A stretch of DNA of 64,000 nt from Gracilinanus agilis (Eukaryota): the NCBI RefSeq assembly GCF_016433145.1, contig NC_058130.1:706523799-706587798 (forward strand), given 5' to 3'. The notes beneath the pieces were generated by a model, which was given only the letters and a program-made list of their open reading frames with translations, did not search any database and was not told the origin of the DNA. Position 1 is the first letter of the stretch, and the number at the start of each line of letters is the position of its first letter. The translations under genes were made by a program, and so were the position numbers. Shown here piece after piece: positions 11,668 to 25,899 of this stretch.

Positions 11668-12829
11668 GTATTCCTTCCTTCCCATCAATGGGACTTAAAG
11701 ACTTAAAAAAATCTATGATTTCTTTAGTGCAAGCATTCCATCCTTGCATCCACTGAATGCAAGTCACAGCCTCTCCGCTCCATGAGTTTCTGTAGCCAAA
11801 ATATCATTTTTCAGCCAACCAGGATTGAGTTCTGCTCAACTTGGCTAAGCAAGTCCTTTGACAAGAGATATACATTCCATCACTGGGCATGAAGCTTTCC
11901 CAGCTTGGTAGAACTAGTATTCCACTTCCATAAACTTTGAAAGCCCAGTCACCTCTATGCCACAGGTATAATAGGACTTTAATGGAGATTAGATACAGCA
12001 TGCCACAGTGGTATTGCAGACATCTATAAAGCCCTTCATTTTCAAAGAGCTTAGCCTGTCTCACAACAACCCCATGAGAGAGGTGGTAAAGTAATAATAT
12101 TCACTTAATAGAGAATGAAACTAAAACCTAGAGACAGAAAAGGGGTTAGCCTAAGATTATGTCTAACTTAGGACTTTTTTCTCATAGTCAGTGATCTGTC
12201 TTTTATACCATTCAGTCCGAGAGGAGGTGCCAACATATAAACAATAAGTGGGCCAGCTGAGAAAAAGAATCACCCTAGCCCTTCCTCATGGCTACACTCC
12301 CTATATTCCTTCCTGCCTCTTCATCCCTCTCCATTCTTCAACTCATCATCTTCTTTTTTGACAAATGTTGCCATGTTCTGGGAATGCAAAGAACAGATAA
12401 GGCACAAATCCTTTTGATAACTCTGACAAGTATACAATGACTTGGATACAAAGAAGAGGGGGATATTTCTGTACCACAAAGAAGTGGTACAGAATAAAGG
12501 GAAAGATCACTTAAACCTATGGTGGGGATAAGGGAGAGAGGGACAGCCAGGGAAGTCTTCATAGAGTCGATGACTTTTCAGTTGGCCATGGAGGAAATAG
12601 GATATACTTCAATAAATGGAAGTTGGAGGGTATCTTTTCCAAGGTTGAAGATTAGTGTGAGCAAAGTAAAGGAGATTAAGGAGAGGGCAAAATGGAGACC
12701 AGCCTGAGATTAGCCCAGTTTATTTGGAATATAAAGTACTTGAAAGGAAGTAGAAGAAAATAAAATTGGACTAGCAGATTGGAGCCACTTTGTGTTGGGC
12801 TTAGAATGCCAGGGTCAGGAGTTTGTTGT

Positions 12830-13040
12830 TTTGATTTGTTTTTAAATAACCCTTACCTTCTGTCTAAAATCAGAACTGAATACTGGTTTCAAGGCAGCAG
12901 AATGGTAAGTGAGGGCTAGGTAGTTGGAGTTAAGTGATTTGCCCAGGGGTACACAGCTAGAAGTGTCTGAGGCCAGATTTGAACTCAGAATCCCCTGTCT
13001 CCAGGCCTGACTCTCATCTATTGAGCAACCTAGCTGCTTC
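12830..13040 (-). mobile_element. SINE1_Mdo-like SINE
   Basis: Same consensus as 8556-8760. Confidence 0.88.
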
Positions 13041-13750
13041 TCCTGAAGGTTTTTTAGTAGAGAATGGACTTGGTCTTGCTTTTAGATTACTAGTACATCA
13101 TTGTGGAGTAGGTGCTGATAAGAAGAAGCGAAGACTTGAACTGTTGAGAACAGGGGGTATAAGGGTTAGATTGGAGGGTTGTTATAGGATTTGATGATGA
13201 GAAGTGTTAAGGGCCCAAATTAAGGTGGTTTCTGTGAGCAAAGGGAAGAGGATTAATTTGAGTATTTGTATGGAGGTAGCCTAAACCAGATTAGTAATAG
13301 GCATTTAAATGTAGCTGATTGGATCTGGAAGTTTCTATAAGAAAGAAGAGTCAAATGATTTCTGGTGCTTATGAGCCTAGGATATTGGAGGAATAATAGT
13401 ACTATTAAAAGAAATAGAGTTTTGAGGAAGAGTCAGGTTTTTGAGGTAAAATAATGAGTTTGGATTGGAACGTTATTATATTTGAGTTGCTGTCAGAACA
13501 TAATGACAGAAATATTAAATAGGAGATTCTAGAGAACCACCTACATTTAGGAGGTAGGTATAAGAGTAGACAGTAAGAAACAAAGAAGTAGACAATGGGA
13601 GAAGAATTATGATAGTGTGTCTTAAAAGTCAGAGGAGGAGAAATATCAGCTAGCAGGAGGTGGTCCATAATGCCATATGCCAAAGAGAGGCTAAAGAAGG
13701 TGAAGGCTGAAAAGAAGTCACTGCATTTCATAACAGGGTGACCTTGATAA

Positions 13751-14404
13751 TGTAAGAGGGAGATTTTAGGTATTTATAGATATATATTTAAAGTGTGGTC
13801 GCCAGGAATCAACAATTCAGATTGATTCCATAATTAAAATAGACCCAAGTCAGGATCAGGTTTAAGGTAGTTTATTTATAATTAGGAAGGTAAAAGATAG
13901 AGAAATAGAGGGAGAGGCCTGGACTGAGAGAGAGGGTTAAAAGTCTAATTAAACTAGGCTGCAAACCACAAGACCTTAGAAATCAGAGAGGCTATAAGCC
14001 TACTTAAGGCAGAGTTTGGAAACGCCAAGGTAGGCCAAGGAAGTCAGCCTAACTTACCCACGTGACAATTCAGAGTAGAAGCATTCTGAGGTCTCAGCCG
14101 AGATCCTTCAGCACCAAGTCCAAAGCTGGAACTCCTTCACCAGCTTGTAACCCACATATTTATAGAGATAGCATCTCTTGTCATTTCCTGTGGGCCCACC
14201 TCTAATTCAAGTGGACCAATGGCAGCCTCTATACTGGTTTGGACTGCCCAAAGGGCAGTCCCTTGTTCTCATTTGATACTTATTGTCACGTGTGATTAAC
14301 TCATCTCCCCTCCACACTAAGGGAGGTGGGGATGATATAATCTAGATGCCTAGGGTAAGTAGAGTTTTGACTATGAATGGGCTTGAGCTAATTCCATTTA
14401 CACA
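13751..14404 (-). mobile_element. ERV1-type 3' LTR, full length, preceded on its own strand by a polypurine tract
   Basis: Minus strand reads TGTGTAAATGG...CTTACA. PPT AGGGGGGGAT at 14405-14414. Internal ERV sequence continues to ~14578. Confidence 0.92.
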
Positions 14405-14642
14405 ATCCCCCCCTGATAATCATATTGGGTGCCTAGTCACCCAAAGTGATCATTTTACATAATCATCTTATACCCACAAAGGTCTTCTAACTACAATAGT
14501 TAGAGGTAAGAGGGGAATGGAAGAGAGAGAAAGCAAAACCAATGTTTACTAAGCATATTGACAAGAAACCAAATTGGGACTGCCCCCAATTGGTTTCTTG
14601 TCAATGCACTTAGCAAAACATTGATTTTGCTTTCTCTTCCAT

Positions 14643-15256
14643 TAGATTATATCATCCCCACCTCCCTTAGTGTGGAGGGGAGATGAGTTAATCACACGTG
14701 ACAATAAGTATCAAATGAGAACAAGGGACTGCCCTTTGGGCAGTCCAAACCAGTATAGAGGCTGCCATTGGTCCACTTGAATTAGAGGTGGGCCCACAGG
14801 AAATGACAAGAGATGCTATCTCTATAAATATGTGGGTTACAAGCTGGTGAAGGAGTTCCAGCTTTGGACTTGGTGCTGAAGGATCTCGGCTGAGACCTCA
14901 GAATGCTTCTACTCTGAATTGTCACGTGGGTAAGTTAGGCTGACTTCCTTGGCCTACCTTGGCGTTTCCAAACTCTGCCTTAAGTAGGCTTATAGCCTCT
15001 CTGATTTCTAAGGTCTTGTGGTTTGCAGCCTAGTTTAATTAGACTTTTAACCCTCTCTCTCAGTCCAGGCCTCTCCAGGCCTGGACTAGCCTCTCCCTCT
15101 CTCTATTTCTCTATCTTTTACCTTCCTAATTGTAAATAAACTACCTTAAACCCGATCCTGACTTGGGTCTATTTTATGGAATCAATCTGAATTGTTGATT
15201 CCTGGCGACCACATTTTAAATATATATCTATAAATACCTAAAATCTCCCTCTTACA
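14643..15256 (+). mobile_element. ERV1-type LTR lacking its first ~60 bp; mirror image of 13751-14344
   Basis: TATAAATA 14823-14830, GTAAGT donor 14930-14935, AATAAA 15135-15140, ends CTTACA. Reverse complement of the left LTR. Confidence 0.93.
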
Positions 15257-16749
15257 ATAATCAGTGTTTCAGAGAAGTAGTGGGACAGAAAACAGATTGA
15301 AGGAAGCTAAGCACCAAGTATATTATGAAGGAATAGATCCAGAAAGTTTCATAGTAGAAATGTAAAAGCGAAGATGATAACTTGAAGAATGGCATAATCA
15401 AGAAAAAGTTTTTATAGGATAGGGTAAACTAGAATATATTGTAAGTTAAAGGCTAGGAAGCTGGAGAGAGATAGGATAAAATGCAAACACTTTAGTGAAT
15501 AGAATTTAAGGTCTTCCTTAAGGTCTAGCTTTAACCTGCCTTTGTAGCTTGGTTTCACATTATTCCCTTTCATCAGTCAATCAGTTAATAAACATTTATT
15601 ATGCTAAATGCCAGGGATACAAAAAGAGGCAAAAAACAATCCCTGCTCTCAAGGAGCTTATATATAATTTACTAAGGGAGACAATATACAAATAAATATA
15701 TACAAGGCAAGCACCTATATACAAGATTAAATGGGAAATAATTAATAGAAGGAAGGCACTAGGATTAAGAGAGGTTGGGGGAAGACTTCCTGTAGAAGGT
15801 GGGATTTTAATTGGGACTTATAGGAAACCAGGGAGGTCAGTGGTTGGAATAAAGGAGGGAGAATGTTTCAGGCATGGGGGACATAGAGAATGCTGGGAGT
15901 CAAGAGATGAACTGTCTTATTTGTGGAATAAGCCACAAATAACAGGTCAGTGTCCACTTATTTGAAGAGTACATGTTGGGGAGTGAGGTGTAAAAAAACT
16001 GTGAAGGTAGCAGCAGGCCAGTTTATAAAGGGCTTTGAATGCCAAATAGAGCATTTTATATCTGCTTCTGGAGCCAATAAGAAGCCACTGAAGTTTATTG
16101 AATGGGGATGGGGTGACATGGTTGGACCTGTGTTTTAGGAAAATCACTTTAGCAGCTGAATAGAGGAAGGAATGGAGTAGGGAGAGATTTGAGGCAGACA
16201 GACCCTGTGTTGAGGGCCTGCCCTAGAGTGGTTACAGTGTCAGAGTAAAGAAAGGGCTCTATTTAAGAAATGTTGCAAAAGTGAAATCTAAATGCGTTGA
16301 CAAGAGATTGGGTTTTGGTGGGGTGGGGAAGTAAGGGGTAGTGATAGATAACGAGGAATCCAGGATGACTTTCATGTACTTTTTGTTCCAACTGGCGTTC
16401 TCCAGCTATGTGTTTGAGCAGACAGGCTCCTATCTCTGAGATATACTTTTTCCTCAACTAAGGCTAAACTCAGTTGCCACCTTCTCTATTAAACTTTTCC
16501 CAGTTCCTATAGTGAAAAGTGTTCTCTGCCTCCTTAAGTTTCCTTGACCATGTTGTTCAGATCTCTCTTATGCTCCCTTCAAATCCAACCTTGTATATAC
16601 CCCAAAGTAGAATCTAAGCTCCTTGAGGCTAGCAATTGTCATTTGTTATCTCTTTTCCCCATTATCTTACATTTAATTGGGACTTAGTAAATGTTTATTG
16701 ATACCTTTTTATTGAATTAACATTGAAAAAAATAAAATGTTTATTGAAA

Positions 16750-17648
16750 TTGATTAGGATTAAGGATCTAGGAAAATAGGTGATCCTTATCAAGGAGGAG
16801 TTCTATTTATGAGACTGAGGGAAAAAAGGAAAGAAAGAGTGTTTTGAGAAGAGTAGAAGATAAGTGGAGCTCTTCTCAAATAGCCTTAGTCTGTTCAAAA
16901 GCTTAAGGTCATCAATTAAGTGTGAGAAATGTAGTAGGATATTTGGTAATTATGAGTTAATTAAGTAAGAATTCATTAGGACATAGAGATAAATAACATA
17001 AGTGATTTATAAATGCATAAAGAGAGGTAAGTTAGGTTTCTTTAAATGGAATGTTAGAGAGTAATAATGGGTGAGAGAATTTTCCCAAAGTGCCTTGGGA
17101 GACAGTTACCCAACTGTCTTTGCATTTTGGGACTGATCCTGTGGTGATAAGAAGGTCTCAAAGGTGGCTTGACAAAACCTGGGAAATTCTCATTTACTTT
17201 GCTATGACAAAATTCATCTAGCGAACCATAACATCGAAGGGGATTGCTGGTAGAAAAAATCTTTGCCAGCCCAGCTGGTTTGCTGTGAGTTTGGAGAAGG
17301 CTGTGGAGAATCTGAACTGTTGTTTCCAACTAGACAGCTAAGAAGAAAGACTAACTTACTCTTCTTTTGTGAATAAGTTAAAATTTAGTGTAGGATAAGA
17401 TAAGAATAGGGTTTTGGGGAATTTAGATAGAGAGGTAGATTGAGTAGCTTCAACTTTGTTAGAGACTGAAGAGATCCTTGCAAATCAGAGGGTTTGGGGC
17501 TATTAGGTAAGATTTATTAGCTTAGGGATTAATATATTCTCTTCCACTTATTTCATTTTCCTATCCCCTTTCCTTAGTTTTTCTTTTTATCATAATAAAT
17601 ATATTCTTATATATTACCGCCTAAGCCAGAATTCTTAAGACTGCTACA
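16750..17648 (+). mobile_element. Probable solo LTR of a different ERV family
   Basis: LTR-like composition, AATAAA near the 3' end, ends CTGCTACA. 5' boundary and TSD not resolved. Confidence 0.45.
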
Positions 17649-18060
17649 AGAAGCCATCTTGTTTCAACAGTCATAACATACAGCCTATCCATCAGGACAA
17701 ACTATAGTGATACCACACTATACAAATTATCCAGTAAGGGGTAGTAACTCCTTACAACAGAAGGGAGGCTTCAGGAGAAAGATTGAGTATGAAAGAATCA
17801 GTCCTTACTCATCCTTAATATTCCTATTGCACTCCTGCTTCTTGCTTTGTCTATTGCCCTGGCCACCCTTTTACCCTGATTCTTTTCCCAACATCTCTCA
17901 CTCCATTTTGGTCCAATGAACCCCTTTTGTTCTTTTCTTTCTCATTGTTTCACCATAATGAGATCAATATTAAGATGGGCGGTCATCACCTTTTTATTGG
18001 AATTTTTTTATTGCCTCAGCTACAGGGGAAATAAATTGGGCAAGGATAAATTAAAATTAA

Positions 18061-19077
<1,017 letters not shown>

Positions 19078-20670
19078 GCAACTATCTGGAGTAGCAGCCT
19101 TCCTTTGTGAAGGAGGCCATATTGGATCAAATAGACCATCATCTGAGATAACCCTAAAACATTAATCTTACTTGTACCCTTTCTGCCCAACAAAGACCTA
19201 TGTTAGTTCCTCTTTGTATCAGTGTCTTACTTATAAGACCTAGTGCAGAGGAGAAATTGGAGATCCAGAGTGCCCTGGAAGGAGACTTCCTCACTGAATG
19301 GAGGGAGAATGCAAAAGCACCTGTCTTGAGTACAAAAAGGAAAGAGGGCTTGGTGAGGCTCTTAAAACAAAAAGATACCGTGGTAGCTGAGTCAAGAGAG
19401 CTGAGAGACCAAATCCTCTGACATTCCAGTGAACACCAGAGAAAACTTGTTTTGTGATGCTTGTAACTTTCCCCTCATTTGTTCTTTTCATTGATCTTCC
19501 TCACCTCTCAAGTTCCGAATCCATCTTCCCATAGTTAAAATAGCAAAAACCTTCAGAAACCCCCTGTACCTGCCTCAGGGACAAGAGGGTAGGGAAATAC
19601 CAGAAAATTGGGTTCTGTTTTTGGAGGGGCCTACATACAGTAATGCCACCTAGGAAGGAAGCTGGCAGGAAAGAAAAAGGGGTGATTGGGAAGTCAACCT
19701 AGAACTAAGAAGTACCTCTAAGGTTTACCCAGCAGGAGGCCCCCAAACCTACTGGGATGAGTATCCAGAAAAAAACAGAGGTGGTTATAGGGAACAGTGT
19801 ACTACCACTCCTTATTCCTGCTCTATATTGTGCCTGCCACTTGAATACTTCTTCAGGATTCAGGTAGCCCAGGTATGGCCCTAGCTTTCTTCCAGACTTA
19901 AGAGTAGCTGGTGAATCTGATCTCAGATCTGTGGGGCCTTTGAAGCCCCTCTTCAATTCTGTCCCCTTCAGCTGGAGAAATATAGATCGCCTATAAAGTT
20001 CTTTCCAGTTGTAATTATTGATCCTATTATCTTCTATACACCAGACTATCTCTTACTTTTCCAGCTTCCAGAATGCTTTTTATGGGGATATCTAGTAGAC
20101 AGAATTGTGATTCCATGTAAGACGATACATATACATAATTCCCAAAACACTGATTTGGAGTCAGAAGATTTAGGTTAAAATCATGGCTCTGCTGTTTACT
20201 ATCTGACCTTGGATGATTCTCCCATCTTCTGTGGGCCTCAGTTTTCTCATCTATAGTGTTAAAATGTATTTAAAATTTATAAGCATGTGTTTGAGCCTTC
20301 TTCTAAGCTGGTGGAAACAGTGAATGTATGGGTCAGGTTTAGGGAGGAAAAATGAAATGAGCAGCCATATGCATCTGTTTCCTCACTCCCTAATTCCAAA
20401 CAGTATGATTTTGGATCTCATTCCGAAACTCAAACTGCTCTTTCCAAGGTTAACAGTGATTTCTTTAACCGTCCAATGTGATGGCTTTTTTCATTTCTCA
20501 TGCTTTCCCTCTTTTGATCATCCCCTTTCAGGATACTTTCTTGGCTCAATTTGTTGTTCTCTCAAGGTTCTCCAGTCTAACAAGTTCTTAGTCTTCTTTG
20601 CTGGATCATCATTCATCTCCTGCCATAAGTGTGGATGTCTGTTACAGCTTTGCCCTAGTCCTTCAGTCAG

Positions 20671-20773
20671 TCAACAAGCATTTATTAATACACCTTTTGT
20701 GTACCAGGCACTTTGTTCAGTTAATCAACAAGCATTTATTAATACACCTTTTGTGTACCAGGCACTTTGTTCA
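20671..20773. repeat. Tandem duplication (period 54, 49 identical bp) in an L2 3'-end fragment
   Basis: 20671-20719 is identical to 20725-20773. Confidence 0.92.
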
Positions 20774-22473
20774 CAAAAGTGAAACAATCCCTGTCCTTGA
20801 GAGGCTTCTACTCTAGCTGGGGAAAACTACATGCATATATAGATATTTATAAACTAGATATAAATGATTTGAGGGAAGGAACTAGTAACTGGGGAGCAAA
20901 GAAAGGCTTTAATTTGAAGGGGGTGCTTGAACTGAGCCTTGAAAGAAATGAGGGATTCTAAGAGGCAGAGATGAACTGTAGTACATTTCAGGCTTGGAAG
21001 AGATAGCCAGAGCAAAGGTAAGGCTGAGAGAGTATAAGGAACAGCAAGAAGGTCACTTGGTTCAGCTCTCTTCTGTCTTGATGACCGCACATCAATTCTC
21101 AGAAAGTTTAAGTGTCATTTGGGTTCCAGGTTTATAAATCCAATCATAATCACTTTCCTGAATTTCTGTCCCACATTCAGTTCAATTCAGCAAACACTCC
21201 TTGAAGGCCTACTGTACTCCAGGCACTGAAGATATAAGGACAAACAAGATGGTCTCTGTCCTGAAAGAGCTTTTCTTCTCCTTGTAGAAAACAACATATA
21301 ATCAGATAAGCCTTTGCAAAATACATACAGAGTGATTATGGAAGGGAAAGAAGAGCACCAACAACTCTAGTGTTCAATCAGAAAAGGTTTTCTGTGAGAA
21401 GTAGCCCTTGAACTGAGCTTGTAGGGATATTTTATTAGGCAGAGATAAGGGGGAAAAGGGCTTCCTGGTGAGGGGTCATAACCTCTGCAAAGAGGTAGAG
21501 TTGGGATATCATGCTGGAGGAATAGTACAGTCATTTGAGCCAGAATGCTGATTGTATGAGGAGGAATAATATGAGATCAGAGAAGTTGGGGCTAGGTTGG
21601 AAAGTGCATTAAATGCCAAACAGAAATACTATCTTAGAAGCAATAGGGAGTAATTAAACTAAAACCAACTGCCTTTCATACTGTCCTACCTGGATTCCCT
21701 ATAGTGATCCAAAATTCAAATTGAAAGCAGAAGCCACATTTTCTCAAAGACCTGTCCATCCTATTCACTCAGGTTTATCCTCTTCTTTGACTCTTCTTTT
21801 CACCTCCCAGTTAAATCTATTTTACTTCTTCACCTTAATGGCCTTCATATCAATCTCCTTCACTCAAATTGCCACTACTCCAATTTAGGATCTCATCACC
21901 TGTAACCTGGACTATGACAATAGTCTCCTACTTGGTTTTTTTTTTTCTATTTCCAATTCATCTTATATACAGCTACCAAAACTATTACTAAAACAGGTCT
22001 GGCTATGTCACCCCCCCTATTCAAAAAATTTAAGTAGCTCCCTATTGCCTTCAGGATAAAATTCAGATTTCTTATTCTGATCTTTAAGACCTTCCATAAC
22101 TTCTACTTATCTTTATTGTCATTTCATAATACCCTTCTTTGTACACTAGTTTTGACCAAACTGGCATATCAGCTATTTCCTGAATTTGATGTGCCATCTT
22201 CTATCTCCCTGCATTTGTATTGACTTCTAGGCCATACCTAGAATTTCTTCCAGGTTCAGCTCGGGTTCCAATTCCATGAAGCCTTCTCTGATCCTATCAG
22301 TGATTAGTACTAGCCCCTCAAATTGCCTTGTTTTGAGTTACCTGCATACTTAGTTTAATGTAAATTTGAGGACAAAGTTGTCTCTCATCAGTACCATGCA
22401 CATAGAATTGGCTTTAAAAATGCCCACAGAACCTCAGAATTGATAGGGATCTCATAGACTATCTAGTTGAGCT

Positions 22474-22963
22474 CGTGAAATCAAAAGAATCTAAATGAAT
22501 CCTTATTGAATCTCCTTTTAGTCCACTAGAGGCAGGACTTAAGTAATACAGAGTTTAAGTAATCTCAATTCATAAGAAGAGTGGTAACCAACCAGTTAAC
22601 TAATTAAAAATCTCATATGAGACCATAAGAGAGGAACAACCAAAGTTGAACGTAGGTGAGTTTTCCAGCTTAGTTTCTTGATTGTGCCCCACCCCCCATC
22701 TCTTTTCTACCCTGTATAATTAGAATCTGCTCCCCAGGACTTTAAATTCCAGCATCCCACTTTCCTTCTCACATTATGTCCTTATGTCTTGGAGATAAAG
22801 TTTGTGTGTGATCCCGCCCCTCTTTTCCTGAGAACACAGCTGGTAAAACTTTTCATTACTCAAACTTATTTTTGTCCCTTTATTTCTTCTACTTCAAGTG
22901 ATTATTAATAAATCATATAAAATATAATACTTGGAGTTATTGGATATTAATTTAAATCTTACA
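22474..22963 (+). mobile_element. Probable solo LTR related to 1422-1719
   Basis: (C/T)GTGAAATC start, AATAAA, ends TAATTTAAATCTTACA. No TSD resolved. Confidence 0.55.
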
Positions 22964-25899
22964 ACCCTTTATTTTTTGGACTTCAAGTAAGAAGTCTTAT
23001 GTTCTAGTCTAGGTTCTGAGATTAAGTCCCTTCATGTTTTCTGGGCTTCAACTTCTCCCTCTATAAAATGAGTATTCAATTGGATCTCTTTTTATTTTTG
23101 GCCTTTGATCCCAGTTCATTTTGAGGGGGAAATTGTTCCCTTCATTAAGCCTTTTCTCTTCAGACTCCTGATTCTCTTTGCCATTGCCTGAAAACATGCC
23201 TGGGTTTCCCCCATCCTTAAATATCCTTCACTTGATTTGTGGATGTATTCAGGCAGAAAAATCTAACATGATTGCATTCACCAGAGAGATGTCTGATTTC
23301 TGTAAGAAATCCTTTCTCCATTTTCCATGTAGATAGAAGCTTTCTGTGCACATGCCAATGCCTTAGGGAAATGTTAAGTTGCTATAATGCCAAATAATAA
23401 TGTTGGGGGTTTTTGTGTTTTATTCTCTGTAGAAGGCAAATTTGATCTCACAATTAAACTATATAAAGCTCATTAGACGTTGTTGACATAGGAGATGTGG
23501 GCATGTTTATGTCTCCATTGGTTGAGATAACTTACTGTTACAAACATAATTTTACTGTGAAAAAGACATTTAATTTTATGACTGGTCATTATAGGAAGGG
23601 GAAGTGATTTTTGTGGAGTGGGAAATGTTTTAAATAATGTCAATTCAGTAACTTTTATTACATTAAAATGTTGACAAAAGAAAAAAATCTTCATCTCATG
23701 CTATGAACTGTATTCTCCCTTTTATAGTCAGATTCATCCAAAAGGGTTATCTACACTTTCTGCCTCCATTTCCTCACCTCCTATTCATGTGTCAACTCCT
23801 TGCTTTCTGGCTTCCTACTCAATCACCTAACTATAATTGCCCTTTCCAAGGTTACTAACAATCTCCCTCCTCTAGTCCAATGACCTTTTCCCAGTCCTCA
23901 TTCAGTTTTGCCCCTCTGCAGCTTTGACACTTTGGAACACTCATTCTTGGATACCATCCTTCCTTGATTCCTCTTACTTTGTTCCCTCATTTGGTCTTTC
24001 TACCTGCCTGATATCTCTTCAGGATCCTTTGCAGCTGGATCATCATCCTCCCACTAAATGTGTACACCTCCTAAGGCAGTGTTGTCGAAGATTTAAAAGT
24101 TTGTGTGCCCAAACTGTGACATCAAGCTGCCTGTGCCCCCCGCCCAATTATCCCAGAGAACAGAGGGAGGAAGCACTCACTTTGGGCAGCCGGTCAGAGG
24201 GGTGGGACATGTAAAAAATGTCCTCTGGTGCTGGGAAGAGGGGGAATGGAGCAGCTACCCCTTGCCAGCTGGGCACATGTGCCAATACTTCATTCTAGTG
24301 GGCTCTTACATTTATACTTATGACATCAGCTCCCATGGTTTCAGCCATAACTTCTAAGGAGATGACACTAAAATCTCATCTTTAATCTCCCTTAAATCTT
24401 CACCTGCTGCCTTTCCTCTTCCAATATCCTATAACTATTTTAAATTAAACATGTTCAAAACAGAACTCATATTTTCCCCAAAAACCTTCCCTCCAAATTT
24501 CACAAGGATAAAGTCATCTACATCTCATCCTTTTCTCACCTTCTAGACTCAACCAGTTGTTAAGCTTTGTCAATTCTGCCTCTTTTTCATTCCATTCCTT
24601 CTTTCATTTCAGGCAGCTTTTTACTTTTCAGGCTCTTGTTACTTCTCTTCTAGACTATTAAAATAGCCTTCCAATTAGAATCTCCAATTTCTCCCCACTC
24701 AACTCCATCTTTTACACAGCTGTCCAGTGGATAATCCTAAAACACAAGTCCAGCCATCCTACTCCCATTCTTAAATTTCAGAATTTACTGTTACTACACA
24801 GATAAGATACCTTCTGACCCTGACATCCAGTATTTGCTCCTTTCCATCTATTTTACTCGAGGCAAACTAGTCTTTTACCTACAAACGCTATTCCCATTTC
24901 CTATTGTGACCCTTGTTTAGGTATTTCCTGCATGTCCTTAGAATCACCCAACTCCCTTAGAGCACAATTCAAGTGCCAATTTTTTGCATAAGATTTCTGA
25001 CTATTATTTTTAAGTTGCCTTTCTGTAGAAATTCTTTTGTAGTATGTATATTGTTTGTTAAATTGAGTTGAATGGCCTAGGTATTTTTTAGCTTTAGCCA
25101 GTAGACCCCAGGTTCCTGTTGATAGCCCACTCTGGTCAGATCTCACATACCCAAACTTGCCCCATTCTGTATTTTCCCTGTACCAGTCAGAGAATCATTT
25201 TCCTAGCTCTAATGAAGCTTCCAAGCACTCAATCTATTCTCTCATTAAACTTGTACAGCCACAGACTAGTTCTCTGTCCAAACTCCTTCCTTTACCACCC
25301 TCAAGGAAGTTTTCTAGTTCCAAGATGACCAACCACAATTCTCCAGTTCATGGGGAATATAGCTCCTCCTTTTTTTAGATCTTCCACAAAGTTCTGCTTT
25401 GGTGACTTGAGGGAGAGAGAGAGCTGTCACTAGACTGCAGTGGCACATGAGGAGAAGTATAGAAAATCTGAAGCATTTACTGGACTTAGATTTTACTTAG
25501 CTTCTCCCTATGGTTTCTTGTATTGATAGAATGTAAGTCTGTGGAGCAGGGAGTGTTTTGTATTTGTATCCCTAGCCAGTCAACTTGCATTTGTTAATCA
25601 TCTACTATGTGCCTAGCACAAAGCGCTTAATAAGATACTTGTTGATTAATACTGCTTTTCTTCTGAGGACTTGTGTTGCTGAGTAGAAGCCCAATCCTTT
25701 CTGTAGCCTAGAGGATTATACTTCTTTGTCAGATCTGTTCTTCAAGGTGATTTGAAATCAGAAGATAGGTCCATAGTTCCTTTCTTAAACTTGGATATAA
25801 AGCCCCACTCTCTTGAGGGGAAAAATAAAATATTCTCCCCCTTTCATGTTCTGTTCCTTATGTTGAGCACTCAAAACTTCTCTGATAACACTGGATTCA

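Noticed and set aside
12350-12480. Possible KRAB-A remnant in SCAN gene intron 2 (LTNVAMFWE)
   Set aside because: Only a few residues match, there is an in-frame stop, and no 127-nt exon geometry.
19705-19956. 83-aa minus-strand ORF downstream of gene 1
   Set aside because: Non-ATG start, no recognisable domain or splice context.
20598-20816. ORFs with repeated peptides (AFINTPFVYQALCS x2)
   Set aside because: Produced by the 54-bp duplication in an L2 fragment; not a tandem-repeat protein or a CRISPR-like array.
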